Shown here: positions 51,446-53,850 of the stretch, piece after piece
How the letters are laid out: each line of letters opens with the position of its first letter
Position numbering within the stretch: position 1 is the stretch's first letter
From: Candidatus Microgenomatus sp.
GTDB lineage: Bacteria; Patescibacteriota; Microgenomatia; UBA8517
Reading direction: 5' to 3'
DNA length: 53,850 nucleotides
NCBI GenBank assembly: GCA_020724555.1
Contig: DYGT01000001.1
Span: forward strand, 1 to 53,850
Position numbers and translations under genes: made by a program
Notes under the pieces: generated by a model
The model's input: the letters and a program-made list of their open reading frames with translations, nothing else
Database searches by the model: none
Told to the model about the DNA's origin: nothing

Positions 51446-53850
51446 TTATCGCCGCGCATAGACTTTAAGCAAATGCTTAAAAATTTCAATTGATAAAAAC
51501 ATTAAAGCAGATACTAAAAATATAGCACCCACGCTTAGAAAATTAAGGGCAGAAACTTCAAAAAATGAACGGAGAGGGGAAAACACAAAAGGTAAAAACT
51601 GTAAAAAAAGCCCTGCGACGACTGCCAGGTTCAGCCATTTATTAGCAAAAGGGTTTTCATGCCAAAATGGTTCTTTTAAAGTTCGCACCGAAAACACATA
51701 CACCAAAGAATTTACTCCTAAGGTGGCAAACGCCACAGACCGCGCCAAAACTACGTCGGCCGTATTTTTGTAAAACAAATAAAATACAATCAGTGCCGAA
51801 ATCCCCCCAAAAAACGAAACCATAGCAATAAGCTCCCTTACCCATCCGGTAACGACCTGCTCATCTTTACTCCGCGGCTTTTGCTTCATAATCCCCGGAG
51901 CTTTGGGATCTACCGTTAAAGCCAAATTCGGTAAACCGTCTGAAACTAAATTAATCCACAAAATCTGAGCCGCTGTCACAGGCATGGGAAGCCCGAGGAT
52001 TATCGTGCCTACAACCGCCACAATCTCTTCAAAAGCATCACTCATAAGATACAAAACCACTTTTCGGATGTTGTCAAAAATGCCACGCCCTTCCTCTATG
52101 GCCGCTACAATAGTATTAAAATTACTATCCAATAAAATCAAATCGGCTGTTTCTTTGGCGACATCCGAAGCCTCGGCCACAACAATGCCGATGTCTGCTT
52201 TTTTAAGCGCCAAGGCGTCATTCACACCATCCCCCATCATCCCCACCACTTCGCCTTTGCTTTTTAAAGCATCTATAAGTTTTTCTTTTTGCTGGGGAGT
52301 GGTGCGCGCAAAAAGCTTTATCCCGTTCCAATTGGAAAATAAATTTTCTATCTCCACCTGGCTTAAGCTGCCCAATTCTTCACCCAAGACTATGTCTTTT
52401 TCGTTGACTACCAAACTCAATTCGTTTAAAACATGCTTGGCGGTATCAGCATAATCACCCGTAATCACAACTAGCTTAATGCCCGCATCTTGGGCCTTTA
52501 CAAGACTTGATTTAACGCTTTTTCTAACAGGGTCACTAAAAGCAATAAGGCCTACCCAAGTCAAATCTTTTTTTATATCGCTTTCAACCAAGCTTTCTTT
52601 TTGCTTCGACACTTTTTTTCTTGCCATACCCATCACACGTTTGCCAGACATTGTCAATTGATTAATAGTTTTTGCAATTTGTTTTTTTTCGTCTGCGGAC
52701 AAATCAGACCACTGCAATAAATACTCAGGGGCGCCGTTTACATATATGCAATTATACGAAGCGTGACTATTTAAGGATGCATAAAAGCGGCTTGTAGAAG
52801 AAAAGGGCAAACTATCCAATTGCACATATTTTTTTCTTAAGACATCCGCATTTTTTTTCAATTGCCTTAATTTATCCATTCCCCAATCCCAGGTTGCCAA
52901 CGTTATCGGGTCGTCCAAATCATTTGCGAGCACGGCCTGTGTAGCAAGCCTTTTTTGGTTTCCCATTGTTTCCACAACGCTCATTTGCCCTTTGGTCAAA
53001 GTGCCGGTTTTATCCAAACAGATGGTTGTTACGCCTCCCAATGTTTCAGCCGACACCAGTCTTCTAACCAAGCCTTTTCTTTTGGTTATGCGCTGCATGC
53101 CAATTGCCAATACCGCTGTTAAACCAATCAATAATCCCTCGGGTATGGCAGAAACGGCAAGAGCCACGGAAACGGTAAAAGTTTCCTCTAAATCCCGGCC
53201 ACCCAAAAAACCAACAATAAAAACAAATATTGTTAAACCAAGGACTAAAACGCTTAATTGTTTGCTGAACCTTCTTATTTGTTTTTTAAGTGGCGTATCG
53301 TCATCTTTTTTCTGGATGCCTATGGCGATACTCCCCATTTTTGTATTTTTACCGGTTTTTGTAACCAGCATTTTTCCTTTCCCGGCAGTGACAACTGTTC
53401 CCATAAAAACTTCTTCTTTGTCTTTTTTATTTAAAGCTTTTGTTTCGCCGGTTAAAATTGCCTCATTAACATAAAACCGGTTAGCCTCAATGAGGATTCC
53501 GTCTGCAGGTATTTTTACTCCCTGATCCAAAATTACAACGTCTCCGGGAACCACCAGCTCCACACCCAAAGTTACGGCTATGCCATCCCGGATTACTTTT
53601 GCCTCGGGGTGCAAGAGCTTTTTTAAAGCAAAAATGACTTTATTTGCCCGGGATTCCTGAAAAAAACCCAGAAAGGAATTTATCACAATAGCGATAAAGA
53701 TAATTACCGTGTCTGAATAATCACCCAAAAAAAACGTTACCCCCGAAGCCGCCAGCAAAACGTACACCAACGGGTCTTTAAGCTGAGAAATAAAGATTAC
53801 AAAATTCGAAGGCGGTGGCGTTTCCGGAAGCGTATTTGTACCAAATTTAG
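51446..53850 (-). CDS. P-type cation-transporting ATPase (type II, Ca2+-ATPase-like), N-terminus beyond the window
   Basis: Motifs: ICLDKTGTLT (phosphorylation site), TGES-like LTGET, VITGDYADTA and MMGDGVNDALALKKADIG. The frame is still open upstream of the supplied start (..KFGTNTLPETPPPSNFVIFISQLKDPLVYV). Confidence 0.85.
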   Translation of the reverse strand, partial: KFGTNTLPETPPPSNFVIFISQLKDPLVYVLLAASGVTFFLGDYSDTVIIFIAIVINSFLGFFQESRANKVIFALKKLLHPEAKVIRDGIAVTLGVELVVPGDVVILDQGVKIPADGILIEANRFYVNEAILTGETKALNKKDKEEVFMGTVVTAGKGKMLVTKTGKNTKMGSIAIGIQKKDDDTPLKKQIRRFSKQLSVLVLGLTIFVFIVGFLGGRDLEETFTVSVALAVSAIPEGLLIGLTAVLAIGMQRITKRKGLVRRLVSAETLGGVTTICLDKTGTLTKGQMSVVETMGNQKRLATQAVLANDLDDPITLATWDWGMDKLRQLKKNADVLRKKYVQLDSLPFSSTSRFYASLNSHASYNCIYVNGAPEYLLQWSDLSADEKKQIAKTINQLTMSGKRVMGMARKKVSKQKESLVESDIKKDLTWVGLIAFSDPVRKSVKSSLVKAQDAGIKLVVITGDYADTAKHVLNELSLVVNEKDIVLGEELGSLSQVEIENLFSNWNGIKLFARTTPQQKEKLIDALKSKGEVVGMMGDGVNDALALKKADIGIVVAEASDVAKETADLILLDSNFNTIVAAIEEGRGIFDNIRKVVLYLMSDAFEEIVAVVGTIILGLPMPVTAAQILWINLVSDGLPNLALTVDPKAPGIMKQKPRSKDEQVVTGWVRELIAMVSFFGGISALIVFYLFYKNTADVVLARSVAFATLGVNSLVYVFSVRTLKEPFWHENPFANKWLNLAVVAGLFLQFLPFVFSPLRSFFEVSALNFLSVGAIFLVSALMFLSIEIFKHLLKVYARR

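Overview
This window comes from a roughly 40% GC bacterial genome. It looks like a Candidate Phyla Radiation / Patescibacteria (Microgenomates-like) organism. That placement is an inference from three things: stable-RNA genes riddled with endonuclease-bearing insertions, unlinked rRNA units, and many surface or hypothetical genes. The standard genetic code applies, and TGA is used as a stop. Gene content from left to right:
- rho.
- A surface-biogenesis block: a sortase plus an LPDTG protein, a type IV pilin-like gene, and a GT-C / GT-B / GT2 glycosylation module.
- A roughly 60% GC island encoding a secreted repeat protein.
- A second sortase locus.
- radA and rpsA.
- A tRNA-Ala-23S-5S unit on the minus strand. 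Its 23S carries two group I introns, after U1917 and U1951 (E. coli numbering), each with a LAGLIDADG ORF; one ORF is frameshifted.
- About 6.2 kb of accessory DNA: a second GC-rich secreted-protein gene, a tRNA-Ile / GIY-YIG array, a HerA/VirD4-like ATPase and a membrane protein.
- A separately promoted and terminated 16S gene with two insertions: a LAGLIDADG-bearing 849-nt element in the decoding centre, and a 300-nt GIY-YIG ORF filling the loop of helix 6.
- Two RRM proteins, and tRNA-Glu, tRNA-Lys and tRNA-Gln.
- A cohesin/dockerin surface-enzyme operon.
- A second GT-C protein, a SpoU methyltransferase, and trxB/trxA.
- A glycogen/alpha-glucan cluster: ROK kinase, GH15, GH57 and a glycogen synthase-like gene.
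- pth, a CaCA exchanger and a truncated P-type ATPase.

The most unusual signal is a family of three small GIY-YIG ORFs, all embedded in or abutting stable-RNA genes (16S helix 6 and tRNA-Ile). An intact tRNA-Ile and an intact tRNA-Gln are each flanked by crippled partial copies of themselves that carry hairpin insertions. All calls were made by eye from the sequence and the ORF track; no searches were run.
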